Positions 24,468 to 36,465 of a stretch of 64,000 nt of DNA are shown here, one piece after another. The notes beneath the pieces are model-generated. The model had not been told where the DNA came from. It ran no database searches and saw nothing but the letters and a program-made list of their open reading frames with translations. Each line of letters opens with the position of its first letter. Position 1 is the stretch's first letter. A program made the translations under genes and the position numbers. This DNA comes from Podarcis gaigeae (Eukaryota), in NCBI GenBank assembly GCA_964106915.2, contig OZ066916.1; one strand, given 5' to 3'.

Positions 24468-26664
24468 ATCTAAGGTAATGGGACTGGCCCAAGACCCTGG
24501 AGTCTACGCAGTGTAAACAGTACAGGGCAACAGTAACCAATGGGCTGGCTCAGTATAAATCTGCTCCCTATAAGCAAACATGACCAGCTAATCAGCTGCC
24601 TCGCTGAGCCAGTGCTCCATTTTGAAAGAGTTGCACGTGAACCCAGCAAGCTACATGAACCAACCAGGTTGCTTAACGTGAGTGTTCCCCAGTAGGCTAT
24701 ACAAAGATGTGTGGTGACTGAGGATGGGGGTTGGGACTCAGCATTTGAAACCGAGAGGTTGAAAAACCCAAGCCTGGAGGGCCACATTTTGTCCCCTGGC
24801 CCCGGGGCTCATTCACCCCTGAGCTGGGTGCCCCAGTGGCCTGGCAGCTTCCTAGGTTCTTAACTACAAATCCTTGAGGTTGCCAGTCCTGTTTTTGTAC
24901 AGCGCCGAGCTTTTTCAAGAAACGAACAAGTAAATACTACGTTCTCTAAGACTCTGGCAACCAGTTCATCGTATCGGCTTTGCAGAAATCTGCCATGGCA
25001 TTTACAGTATGGAGGCCCTGCTTCTCTTCAGCTAAAGCAATGACTCCATGGTTTCCCCCATTCACTCATGACCGGTGCTCCTGTAATGTCTGTTTGTGCC
25101 TCCTTCCTGCTTCCTCTTAAACCCTGAAGGAAGTCACAACTGGCGTGGTGGAAGGTGGCAGCGGGGGCCCCAATTCTGCCACTTACACAAGGGCAGGCCT
25201 AAGACATTTTCCTGCCTGCAGCCAATGGCGTCACCTTGCAAAGTCCCAGTGCACAGTGCCCAAGGCTTGTGAAGTTATTTTGGTGCCCAAGGTGAAAAAT
25301 AAGAATCCCGTAAGCATCTCTCCGACACAAACATCAAGTACGGATAAATCAAATAACTAAACATCTGCTGCCAGCTCATGAAATCTAAAAATCAGTCCCC
25401 TGCCTGCCTTGTTTTGCCTGAATGGTGAGTTTGACCCTAAAGGATGCTCTGGGCATGTGAAGCTTATAGCAAGTCAGACCAGTGGTACATCTGGCTCAAT
25501 ATTGTCTACACTGACTGGCAGCATCTCTCCAGGATTTTCAGACCTGGAGATGATGGGGACCGAACCGAGGACCTTTTGCATGCAAAACAGATACCCTTCC
25601 CCAGTATTTTTATGGAACATTTTATAGTACTTGATCATGATCAAATACTTTATTGCATTTCTATATATACATATATATCACCTTTCCTGCCAAGGCACCC
25701 AAGGTGGATTGCAATCTTAAAAAATATTCCAACAATCTGATATAAAATGTGAAGTTGGCCCAGCGCAGGAGGCAGACCAGCAGGAGCAGGACCTGACATT
25801 GCCTCTGCCTCTCTTAACTTACAGCTGAGTCACGATATTTGACAGGCCAAATAACCAAGACCCCCTCAGCCAGTGGTGCCTTCAAGGTACCAAGGAAGAA
25901 CTAAACTTTGGAACTCATTCCCAGGGAAGGCGGTGATAGCCTCCAACTCTGATGACTTTAAAAGAGCATCGGATAAATTCATGGAAGATGAGTCTACCAG
26001 GGACCACTAGCTATGATGGCTCTGCTCTGCTTCCATGGCCGGAGCCGGTATGTCTCAGAATACCAGTTTCTGGAAGCCACAGATGGGGGAGAAGAGGACT
26101 CTTGCGCTCAGGTCCCGCTTGGCGGGTTCCCTGCAGGCACTCCGAGAAAAGGACGTTAGTCTACAATGGGTCACTGGCCTGATCCTGCAGGTTCTTCTCA
26201 TGCACAGGGTTGATACTCACGTTTGCTCCTACCACGGCAGTTGCTGCCAGCAGTGATTGTGCGGGTGTTTAATTGTGTGTGTTTTGATTTGTTAGAAGCT
26301 GCTCAGAGTGGCTGGGGCTAATAATAATAATAATAATAGCAACCTCGCGGTAATATTGGCCTCTGAAGACTCTTGCAGATCAAAAAGACATCCCTTCTCC
26401 CTCTTGGACCTTGGTTAGTAAAGTGTTGAAGGCCATTACCTTATACTGAGCCAGACTACTGGTGAGCTCCGGTGGTGGAGGAATATAGCTCCCATCATCC
26501 CTGGCTGGGGTTGATAAGCACTGGAGCTCAACAATATCTCCAGGGCACCACCTAGGATGGCCCTGATAAAGCCCAATCATCTCTACTTTGCCTGATAGCA
26601 GTGCTCCAAGATCTTGAGCCAACATTTCACATTACAAAAAAAAACGTGGACTTTACCCACACTC

Positions 26665-26670
26665 TTTATT
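26665..26670 (-). terminator. Candidate poly(A) signal for exon 5 (L/S isoforms)
   Basis: AATAAA on the minus strand followed ~20 nt later by a U/GU-rich tract (tttttttttgtaatgtg). A second AATAAA is at 26743-26748. Confidence 0.35.
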
Positions 26671-27240
26671 TTATAGGTGGGAGGGGTCCTGTCACATTCT
26701 GGACGTTCCTCAAATTACCAGAACAGGTATGTGTTGAGAAGATTTATTTTGTGGTCGACTGCGCTAGGTCGCACTTCTCACAGGTGTGAGGAAGCTTTGG
26801 CTTTCCAGATGTGGCTGAACTGCAACTCCCATCTTCCCCATCCATTGACCACGCTTGCTATGGATGATGGGAACTGTAGTTCAAGCAACATCCGGAGGGC
26901 CAATTTTCCCCCAATCCTGCTCCATCAACCTGCTTTCAGGCGGCTTTCCAGACCGAAGACGGAAGATTGTCAAATAAAAGAGAGGGGAGGTAGCGGGGAA
27001 ACATGGAACGCCCTTGATGGAAGTTGGGCTGTTTTTTTTTAATGACACGGTTTTTATACTCTGTTAAAAATATATAAATAAAGAGTCTTCGGGCAGGCAG
27101 TAGTAGCAGGGGGCTCGGTCGGTTTCCGCCTTTTGCGTGGCAACTTCTGGAGCTGCTCAGCCAGACGGCGCTACAAAAAAACAACCCGAGAGCAAGCCCC
27201 ACATGGATGTCAGGGACGCAGAGACATTCCCTTCTGCGTT

Positions 27241-27324
27241 TCACATTCTCTCAGAATTTAAGCGTCCTTGGGCTTCCGTCTGGAATCTGCCATGCATCCA
27301 GCGTCCCCTGGGCGCTACGCCAGC
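27241..27324 (-). CDS. BCL11A: BCL11A exon 5 coding part (terminal exon of L and S isoforms, two frames)
   Basis: Long pyrimidine tract then ttgcAG at 27326-27325. L frame: (C)WRSAQGTLDAWQIPDGSPRTLKF* (TGA 27253-27251) vs human ...RRSTQRAQDVWQFSDGSSRALKF*. S frame: AGVAPRGRWMHGRFQTEAQGRLNSERM* (TGA 27243-27241) vs human ...GVVPRELKMCGSFRMEAREPLSSEKI*. Confidence 0.88.
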   Translation of the reverse strand, partial: AGVAPRGRWMHGRFQTEAQGRLNSERM

Positions 27325-27539
27325 CTGCAAAAGGAAAAGGAAAAGGAAGAAAGGACAGGGGGGCAGAGGGGGGCGGGGAGAAGAAGAAGAAGAAGAAAAA
27401 GGTGTAATATGGACCGAAAGTCAAAATGTTCATGTTCACAAATAAGAGACTGGGTGATTGGCGACTCATCCAAGATAACAGACTCTTATAATATCTAGGC
27501 ATAGCAATCCAGTGGTCCCAATCCAGCACATGCAATTAA

Positions 27540-27541
<2 letters not shown>

Positions 27542-27618
<77 letters not shown>
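27542..27618. repeat. Compound (CT)n(CA)n microsatellite
   Basis: Direct reading. Confidence 0.95.
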
Positions 27619-27621
<3 letters not shown>

Positions 27622-29497
27622 CTGTGGGTGGGAATTCGTGTTTAAGGGGCTGGACATGATTACTTGTGATTGGCCCTCCACATGTGTTTCTGGATCACAT
27701 GTTGCATCAGCTGTTGCACACACAGGTGGACCTCCCTTTGCTGGATTGGAGCCTTTGAATCGAGACCAACACACAGCATACTCATCAAAATAAAAATCAT
27801 AATTAGTCAATGCAAGGTCTTCGTTGAGATGTGAAGGTTGCCATCTGATCCCACGAGGAGGACCTCCCACGGCATGAGATTTAGGCAACTGTCCTTGCGC
27901 CCTCCCAAACTTGGCAGGCTTTGTCAGGAACTCTGGACGTGGATGTCTGATATGAAGAATTCTTTCCGTGTTTTGTGCCTCTTGTGTTCTCTGATCTGAT
28001 GTTCTCCTCTCTCTTCTTTGGACTGGTACCCAACAACACCAGGGTGACGGCTTCGTTCACAGACGCTGCCAAACTCATGACACGGAGCTCAGTGGGCAGT
28101 TGAACACCACTTAAGTATAGGATGGAGGTTCTGGGTTGAAAGGTGGTTATATTATTTGCACTGTGCTGTAATTTTTGTTTTAGGGCTTCCCAATGGCTTT
28201 CTTGAAATGTAAGCAAATAGATGCAAGACGGTGGGGTGAGGGATGGTCTCCAGAGGTCTGCCTGGAGAAAAAGATGGTGGTCGGTAGACCCATGGGGGGC
28301 TAGGAGTTCTCCCTAGGTACACCACACACCCTTTGCAAAACCCAGCAGGGACATTATATCCTTGCTTACAAACCCATTCTTCCCATGATACATCTCCATG
28401 GCCAGAAGAAAGTCATAGCAGAACTCTGGTGTCATCGATTTGCAACATAGGAAGCAGCCCTGACAAAAGCGCAGCATGAACTACTTTCTGGGTTCATGAG
28501 GCTCCTCCTGGCCATTTTTGTTTAGTACGAAGGACTAGATAACTATGGACTAGTTATCACCGAGAGGTCATGACCGGGTGTGAAACCCCCACCCCACCCC
28601 AGTTCCCACACATAGAAATCTAGCATGTTAAGGACAAGCTTGAGGTGTAGCCCTCTTTGACATCCCAGTTTTCTATGTAGATGGAATTCTTTGAGTCAGT
28701 GCAGCTCTGTAGCCCTTGAAAGGGCTAAAGCGTTGTAGCCCTTCGGTGAGAGTTAGTCATGCCTTCTTCTCACATATAATTTCAAGGTCCACCCAAAACC
28801 TGCAGAAGGCCAACAACAAAGGCTTTCCATTTGCAATGGCTTCCCCTTTCGAGGTTCTTTGGCCTCAAGATGTGCAGTGACAATGCTTCTGTTACCTGTC
28901 CCGCCGCCTTGAACCACCTCCCTCCTTTTATTGAGTTTTCTCCCTTTCCCTCACCAGAAATATATATATATATAAACAGGGAAATGTTTCACAGGACCAT
29001 CGGTCAGGCTTGTACAGAATGTTGGCACAGCTTAAGAATACATTACGGTTGCCGTCAGAATCCATTTCAGAAAACTAACAAACAGCGAATGGGCCTCAAT
29101 GGTTCATGCTTTTATAACACCATTAATTTATCACACCGCTGGAAAAATGTCACATTTGGTATTACTGCTTCTTTCAGTTTCTTTTTTGCTTTAGTGTTCT
29201 GGCCACCCTGCACTGTCATCTTAAAAAGTTGTGTTATTATTCTGTTTCCATCCCGCTCGCTTCTTGTTGACTGGCCTCCCTTCTCACCCACCTAATTATG
29301 TTCCAGTTATTCAAGCGGCGCCCTGGAACGTGGCCTGTAAAGAGGTCTGCCTTCCAACCAGGTCACACGCAGGGCTAAAGGTTTCGAACATGAGCCGCTC
29401 TTAAAAGAGATTGAACTTTCCAAACGTTGCCTTGCCATCAACCTCTGTTGCTGCCTCAGCTCCCAGACATGGGCCCTTCTTACCGCCAAAGTAAGAG

Positions 29498-29755
29498 AGA
29501 GAGCCAGTGTGGTGTAGTGGTTAAGAGCGGTAGTCTCGTAATCTGGGGAACCGGGTTCGCGTCTCCGCTCCTCCACATGCAGCTGCTGGGTGACCTTGGG
29601 CCAGTCACACTTCTTTGAAGTCTCTCAGCCCCACTCACCTCACAGAGTGTTTGTTGTGGGGGAGGAAGGGAAAGGAGAATGTTAGCCGCTTTGAGACTCC
29701 TTAAAGGGAGTGAAAGGCGGGATATCAAATCCAAACTCTTCTTCTACTCTTCTTC
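29498..29755 (+). mobile_element. Squam3-type tRNA-derived SINE
   Basis: A-box tggtgtagtgg, CORE-like gggtgaccttgggccagtcac, L2-like 3' end and (CTT)n tail. Confidence 0.85.
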
Positions 29756-31317
29756 AAAGTTCGCCTTTCCCTTTCTTCCCCAAGCCTTCCAACAATTATG
29801 TGGCTCCCACAGTGACCGTCTTTCTCGCCTACGGCATTCCTGCCATCGCACCTCCCTGTATTGTGTTTGGTATGCAAATGTCATTGCAAGCCCAGTCCAA
29901 GGTGAGTCAGAGAGTATGCCTCTCTGAACACCAGTTTCCGTGACTCGCAAATGGTGAGTCTTGCCTATGGACTTCCCAGTTGGTTGGCCAATATGGCAGG
30001 ACTAAATAGGACTGTGGTCTGATCCTGCGGGGCACTCCTGGTGTTCTTAGCTCTTGGAAATGGTCCAGTGTGTCAAGCCGTGGTTGGCATTTTAAAAAAA
30101 AAATGAAAATAAATAATTGTGGCCTGCCCTTTCAGTTTATCAATGCTGTGCAGCTCAATCCCAATGTTGGACCAATGAATAAGCATCAGATTATTTATTC
30201 CCATATGGTGAACAGGAGTGGAAATCTCTCTTGCAACTCAGTAAAGTGGGGGTACCCAACACACTGCCCTCCAAATGTTTCTGGACGCTATCTTCCACAG
30301 ACCCAACAGTATAGCCATTGTTCTGGGATGATGGAAGCTCAAGGGACAGCAACACAGGGGTCCACCCACTTATTCCCTACAGAGGTTCCACCTATGCATC
30401 CTTCTAAGAAGCACCATAGCTGCCTACACCCTTGTATAAGCTAAGGAAGAGGAGCATGGGAAGCTGCCTTATACCAAGTCAACCTCAGCATTGTTGACTC
30501 TTGCTGGAAATGGACCTCTAGGATTCAGTCTGGAGATGTTCTCAGTCCCACCAAGAGATGCTGGGGATTGAACCTGGGCCATGACTGAGCTACAGCCCTT
30601 CCCCAAACTCTTAACTGAATTGTAAGAGAAGGAGTTTGGGTGAGTGTAATGTTATTTCTAGGATTCCTGGGATCTGGCGACATGTCCAGTGATCCTAGAT
30701 GGTTTTCTCAGTATGAAAAACTGAAGATGCCCAGCTATAACGTGATTCGCAGGCATTTGTAAAGCATATTTTGTAGACTTAATTTGCTGGGGTCCCCCCC
30801 CCCGAGATGAAGACAGACGTGGATGGAGTGACATATTTATACTTCACATTCTATACATGTGCAATGTAATGGAAACTTAAATAATGGCTATGATTGTTTT
30901 GTAACCAGATGAACTTTTTTTTTTAAAAAAAAGAGGGGGCGGTGGAAATGAAATTGGAAGTCACTCCCATGGTACAAACAACTCCATAACACCAACACAA
31001 CAGAATGGCATAGAACTCTTTTAATAATGTTTAATGCCTAAAGATCAAATATAATGGCCCAGCCAATCAAAATAATGAGTCTTTGCAGCCACAGGAAGAG
31101 CAGAGACCGAGTTTGTTTGGCGCCACCATCTTGGTTGGAGTAAGCTACTTCCCACCCTCAAATTACTGTCCTCTTTATGTAGTGGAACAACAGAGGCATT
31201 CGTCCTGCCCCTCCATGTTCAGTCTGAGGCAGGTGCTCCATGCTGGGAACCATATCACGTAATTCTTCTCCTTCATACAAAGGGTGAAGGATAATGCAAA
31301 ATTGTCCGCTCCCCCAC

Positions 31318-31558
31318 AAGAAGAAGAAGAGTTTGGATTTGATATCCCGCCTTTCACTCCCTTTAAGGAGTCTCAAAGCGGCTAACATTCTCCTTTCCCT
31401 TCCTCCCCCAGAACAAACACTCTGTGAGGTGAGTGGGGCTGAGAGACTTCAAAGAAGTGTGACTGGCCCAAGGTCACCCAGCAGCTGCATGTGGAGGAGC
31501 GGAGACGCGAACCTGGTTCCCCAGATTACGAGACTACCGCTCTTAACCACTACACCAC
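31318..31558 (-). mobile_element. Squam3-type SINE
   Basis: Reverse complement of the 29498 copy with only 2 mismatches seen. Confidence 0.85.
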
Positions 31559-31819
31559 AACAAGCTTTTGCACTGAGGACTGTCAGGAACTTGGAGTCAG
31601 GGTCCTCTTCTTCAGGAGATGGAGTCGAGGACTCCTAACCAGAAGGAGAAGGGGATGAAGGGGCAGCCCCGGGAAACACTGCTACCATGTGAGCCTGTGG
31701 GGCCAGCAGATGTCCCAGTGAGACCAGAGGCTTCCACACTGTTGGGAGACTACTGGAGAAAGCTGGGTCCCTTTAACTAAAGCAGCACCTCCCAGGTCTA
31801 ACAAGCAAGATGCAATTGC

Positions 31820-31820
<1 letters not shown>

Positions 31821-31855
<35 letters not shown>

Positions 31856-32728
31856 TTATTATTTGTACCCCGCCAATCTGGCTGGGTTTCCCCAGCCACT
31901 CTGGGCGGCTTCCAACAAAGATGAAAAATACACTAAAATGTCACATATTAAAAACTTCCCTGAACAGGGCTGCCTTCAGATGTCTTCTGAATGTCAGGTA
32001 GTTGTTTATCGCTTTGACATCTGATGGGAGGGCGTTCCACAGGGCGGGCGCCACTACCGAGAAGGCCCTCTGCCTGGTTCCCTGTAACTTGGCCTATCGC
32101 AGTGAGGGAACCGCCAGAAGGCCCTCGGAGCTGTACCTCAGTGTCCGGGCAGAACGATAGGGGAGGAGACGTTCCTTCAGATATACTGGACCGAGGCCAT
32201 TTAGGGCTTTAAAGGTCAGCACCAACACTTTGAATTGTGCTCGGAAACGTACTGGGAGCCAATGTAGGTCTTTCAAGACCGGTGTTATATGGTCTCGGCA
32301 GCTGCTCCCAGTCACCAGTCTAGCTGCCGCATTCTCGATTAGTTGTAGTTTCCGGGTCACCTTCAAAGGTAGCCCCACGTAGAGCGCATTGCAGTAGTCC
32401 AAGCGGGAGATAACCAGAGCATGCACCACTCTGGCGAGACAGTCTGCAGGCAGATAGGGTCTCAGCCTGCATACCAGGTGGAGCTGGTAGACAGCTGCCC
32501 TGGACACAGAATTGACCTGCGCCTCCATGGACAGCTACGCACCTGGTCCTTCAGGGGCACAGCTACCCCATTCAGGTCCAGGGAATCCTCCACACCTGCC
32601 CGCCTCCTGTCCCCCAAAAACAGTACTTCTGTCTTGTCAGGATTCAACCTCAATCTGCTATCCGCCATCCATCCTCCAACCGCCTCCAGACACTCACACA
32701 GGACCTTCACCGCCTTCACTGGTTCTGA
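31821..32728 (-). mobile_element. L2 LINE 3' fragment (RT C-terminus, internal deletion)
   Basis: WMADSRLRLNPDKTEVL and VHALVISRLDYCNALYVGLP...ENAAARLV...HITPVLKDLHWLPV. Confidence 0.93.
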
Positions 32729-34325
32729 TTTGGTACGACAGAGGACTCAGTCTTGGCTTGCTTCTTGCTGAAGCAAAACCAGAGCCCTGTGTTTCTGGAG
32801 CAAAGCCTGTACTGCCTTTAAAAAGGGATTGGTGAAACTGTTGATTTTTCTCCATTTCTCTTCTCCCCATTCCCCCTCCAAGTTCAGTTTTCCACATCAA
32901 GTTGCAAATTTGTTTTTGTTTTTACTTTAAAGCCCTCATGGAAATTCATCAGCTTTCTAGTGAGAATTTCCACACAGTTCCCTATGATATATGCACTGCA
33001 TATAAGTCTCCTGTGGCGAGTTAAGAATAGTCTGCAGGTGACCAGACCGGCAAGCATTTTTAAATCAGAACAGGATTTTTTCTTCCCCCATCTCTCCTCC
33101 TTTCTGTGTGCCACAAAATAACTAATATACGTGGGTATGTCTAACTAAATGATTTAAAGACACCTGGAGGCTTATTTGCAAGGTGAAAGCAATAGGGTGG
33201 CAAACTGATCCGAGGATGGGGTATTTTTTAATGGCCCAGTCGTGGTCACCTAGCATCTGAAAACCCCAAAAGGATATGGATGTTCTGCAGAATATCATGT
33301 TTACTAGGCTTTATGTGAACACAAATGATATATGTGTTGCACCCCTTCCTAGTATTCTGGAGGCATCTACATTAGTGGAAGGCTTGCTTCCAAAAAAAAG
33401 CTGGGGGAAGGAAAGTGTCAGGTGGAATGACTCCCCAATTCAGGACCCTCTCAGCTTTTCCCTGGCTTCCTCCCCCTCGGCCATTTCCTGGGGTTTCCAC
33501 ACCAGATTCTGAAACTGTTCAGTGTGCAACACTAATGGCAGGTTGCATTGAAAATCCCTCTCCAAAGTCCCCCCCCCCCCCAATGAAAGGAGGTTTTGAA
33601 TTGTGGCCGGCAAGGACTATACCAGTTGCATTGGCCCGGTGATCTGTCTAGTGCACCATGTGGACTCTAATGTATCTGTGCAAGGAGCAGGCACTATTGC
33701 CACAGGACTTTTCAGGATCGCACGACTTGGCACAGCTCTGAGAAGACCTCTGTAGACGTGCCCTTGATAACAGCCATAACCCACGACCTAAGTGCCTTTT
33801 GCAGCCATGTTGATTTCAAATGGGGATGGAGCTGTAACTTCATTCCTACACTTACCTGGGAGTAAGTACCACTGAACTCAATGGGACTTAGACATGTTTT
33901 GGTCATGCAATGGGCCCAGCTCTGCATTACAGCAGCCAGGTGAAAAAGAGGACAGGACTCCTGCAACTTCTATGGTTGTGCAGAAGAGGGGGATTTAAGC
34001 AGCAGTAGCCTGTTATGCCGACATTTTCTTTTCTACACCCCAAGGGATGCAGGGAGCTGCCTTACCTTGAACCAGAACTTTGATCTATCTAGCTCATTGC
34101 TGCCTACACGGACTGGGTTCTAGGATTCTAGGCAGGGGATATTCCCAGACCTTCGTGGAGATGCTGGGGGATTGAAAATGGGACCTTCTGCACACAAAGG
34201 AGGTGCTATGACCATTCCCCCGGGGGGGAGGGTCCACCTTGCCACCTTACTCTGTTGCTAGTAGAAAAGGGAAGGGACAGGTGATGGAGACAGATATAGT
34301 AATTTAGAAATGAACAGGGGAGTCA

Positions 34326-34563
34326 GAAGAAGAAGAGTTTGGATTCAATATCCCGCTTTATCACTACCCTAAGGAGTCTCAAAGCGGCTAACAACCTCCT
34401 TTCCCTTCCTCCCCCACAACGAACACTCTGTGAGGTGAGGCTGAGAGACTTCAAAGAAGTGTGACTAGCCCAAGGTCACCCAGCAGCTGCATGTGGAGGA
34501 GCGGGGAATCGAACCCGGTTCACCAGATTACGAGTCCACCGCTCTTAACCACTACACCACACT
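34326..34563 (-). mobile_element. Squam3-type SINE (related subfamily)
   Basis: Same structure, with B-box ggttcgattcc and (CTT)n tail. Confidence 0.85.
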
Positions 34564-36199
34564 GTACACAAATACAGGGAGAGGCGTGAAGCGTTTGGAA
34601 AGGTGATAAGAATAAAAAATGGACTGCAAATAAGGGGGAGTAAAGGAAGCTACTTGAGGTAATTCAAAGATTGTGTACAATGAGAAGAACAAGACAGGTG
34701 GGAAGAATCTTCAACTTTGGCTTGAGACATTGTCATAACAGGAGGGAGAAGCATTAGTGAGACGTCCCTTAGAACTAGGATGAAGCAGAAGGTCTGTGGC
34801 AGAAAAGGCAAATTGGTGAGCTTCTCCTCACAAAGAAGATAAACTAAAGCCAGAGATGTGAAGAGAAGCATCCTTTGAGTTGTCCAGATGTGAGAAGAGC
34901 GGAAGCATCAAGAGTGGCTGCCTTTTGGATCCTGTCCAGGGAGGAGAAAAGACAAAGCAGAGCCTACTTTTTAAAAAATTAAAAATAAAATCAAAATGAT
35001 GAGAAGCTGGAGATCTAGGAAGAAGAGAGGTGGAAAGGGTCACAGAAGTTCACCGAGGAGAGAAAGTTGGGGATGGCAGAAGAATTATCTGGACCTGATT
35101 GATGGCTATCTATGAGAATCATGCAGGTAAACTTTATCTTAAAACTATGGTTTCAGCAAAGAAATTGAGAAAGCCAAACTGGAGGGGTGGGGAGTCAAGG
35201 AGAATCGGTAGACAACAAATACATCACTCAAAGCCAGTCTAAACAATGTGTTTGCCATGGGGACTGGTACCTCCTTAGTAAACACCGGCTGTGTAGTGAG
35301 GAGCACAATGCGCGAGCCTGAACTGTTTCGTTCTGGGTGCCTTCAGCCCATGTCAGTGGTGTTTACTGTTGGGGACTTTCACTCTATCAACATGCTGGCC
35401 TGGAGCTGTTCTTAATTTAAACAGTATGTCCTGAGCTCAGGGTGTAAGTGTGGTGAGTGGAACATCCAGGACAGGTCTCACTTGAGTTTAAAAGGGAATG
35501 GAAACATTCCATTATTAGGAATGAGGAGGCCCGTGATATTTCTTAATTGGTTTTAGTGCAAGGTGCCCCCAATCTGTAATCCTCCAGTCCCCACCAGCCT
35601 CCAAAACATGGCCAACGGTCAGTTACGAGGGGAGTCATGCGCAAAAGAAAGGGAGGGACCTGAACCAAAAGAAAGGGGCATCTCAAGAAACTGTTTTCCT
35701 GTATATATAGTAACTGCACAAAAAGCTACACAACCCCTAGGGTGCCTCTGGATGTTACAAACGAGCATCACCAATGAATATTCTTCTGCAGTCAGTTGAC
35801 AATGTTTGAATGTCAAATTTGCAGACTCCAAGGCAGCCCATGCCATCTCCCTCCAGGGATCTTAAGAAGTCATGGCATGCAAGCACTACCAGACGACCGC
35901 AGAAGAAACAGCACAGGCAACGAGAGTGTCTTGTTCACACCATGCAAACTCACTGTCACTCACCTTCACAAGTGCTCTGTGAAATTTATATTTTAGAGGC
36001 AAGGAGCTGGCAATCACCTGCCTAAGACAGTCCAGTGAGTCCATGGCAAATGTAGGCTTTGTTGACCTCTAGCTCAACTCTTTAGCTAGCTAACAGACTA
36101 CAACTGCTTGCGATTTTCGCATGGGCATTTGGTTAGCCACTGTGAGAACAGGATACAGGACTAAGATGGGCCTCATCTGTCTTCTTCCACAAAGAATCA

Positions 36200-36465
36200 G
36201 CAAGGAATGTGGATAATTGTTGGCATCGGTCTGCCTTGGGAGACAATGTAGGAGTGAGTCTTTGGGAGTGGTGTCAAAATGTTGGAAGGTTACAGCAACT
36301 GCTGTGGTTGTAGGGACCGATACAGGAGAGACATGTTTTATTGCATCTGGGGTAGGTGAAGGTGTCCGCTTGTGCTGATGCAGGTGAACCAGGATGTTTC
36401 TTCTCTCTGTGCTCCTCCCAGAGGTCATTCCTATGGACGCATGACCTGATAAAGTCTCCAGGCAC
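36200..36465 (-). mobile_element. RTE-clade LINE 3' end (non-BovB)
   Basis: TFTYPRCNKTCLSCIGPYNHSSCC resembles the RTE terminal CxxC..SRIGLxSH motif. Confidence 0.65.

Noticed and set aside
31118-31138. CTCF/YY1-like motif
   Set aside because: Several mismatches to the consensus; not supportable without ChIP data.
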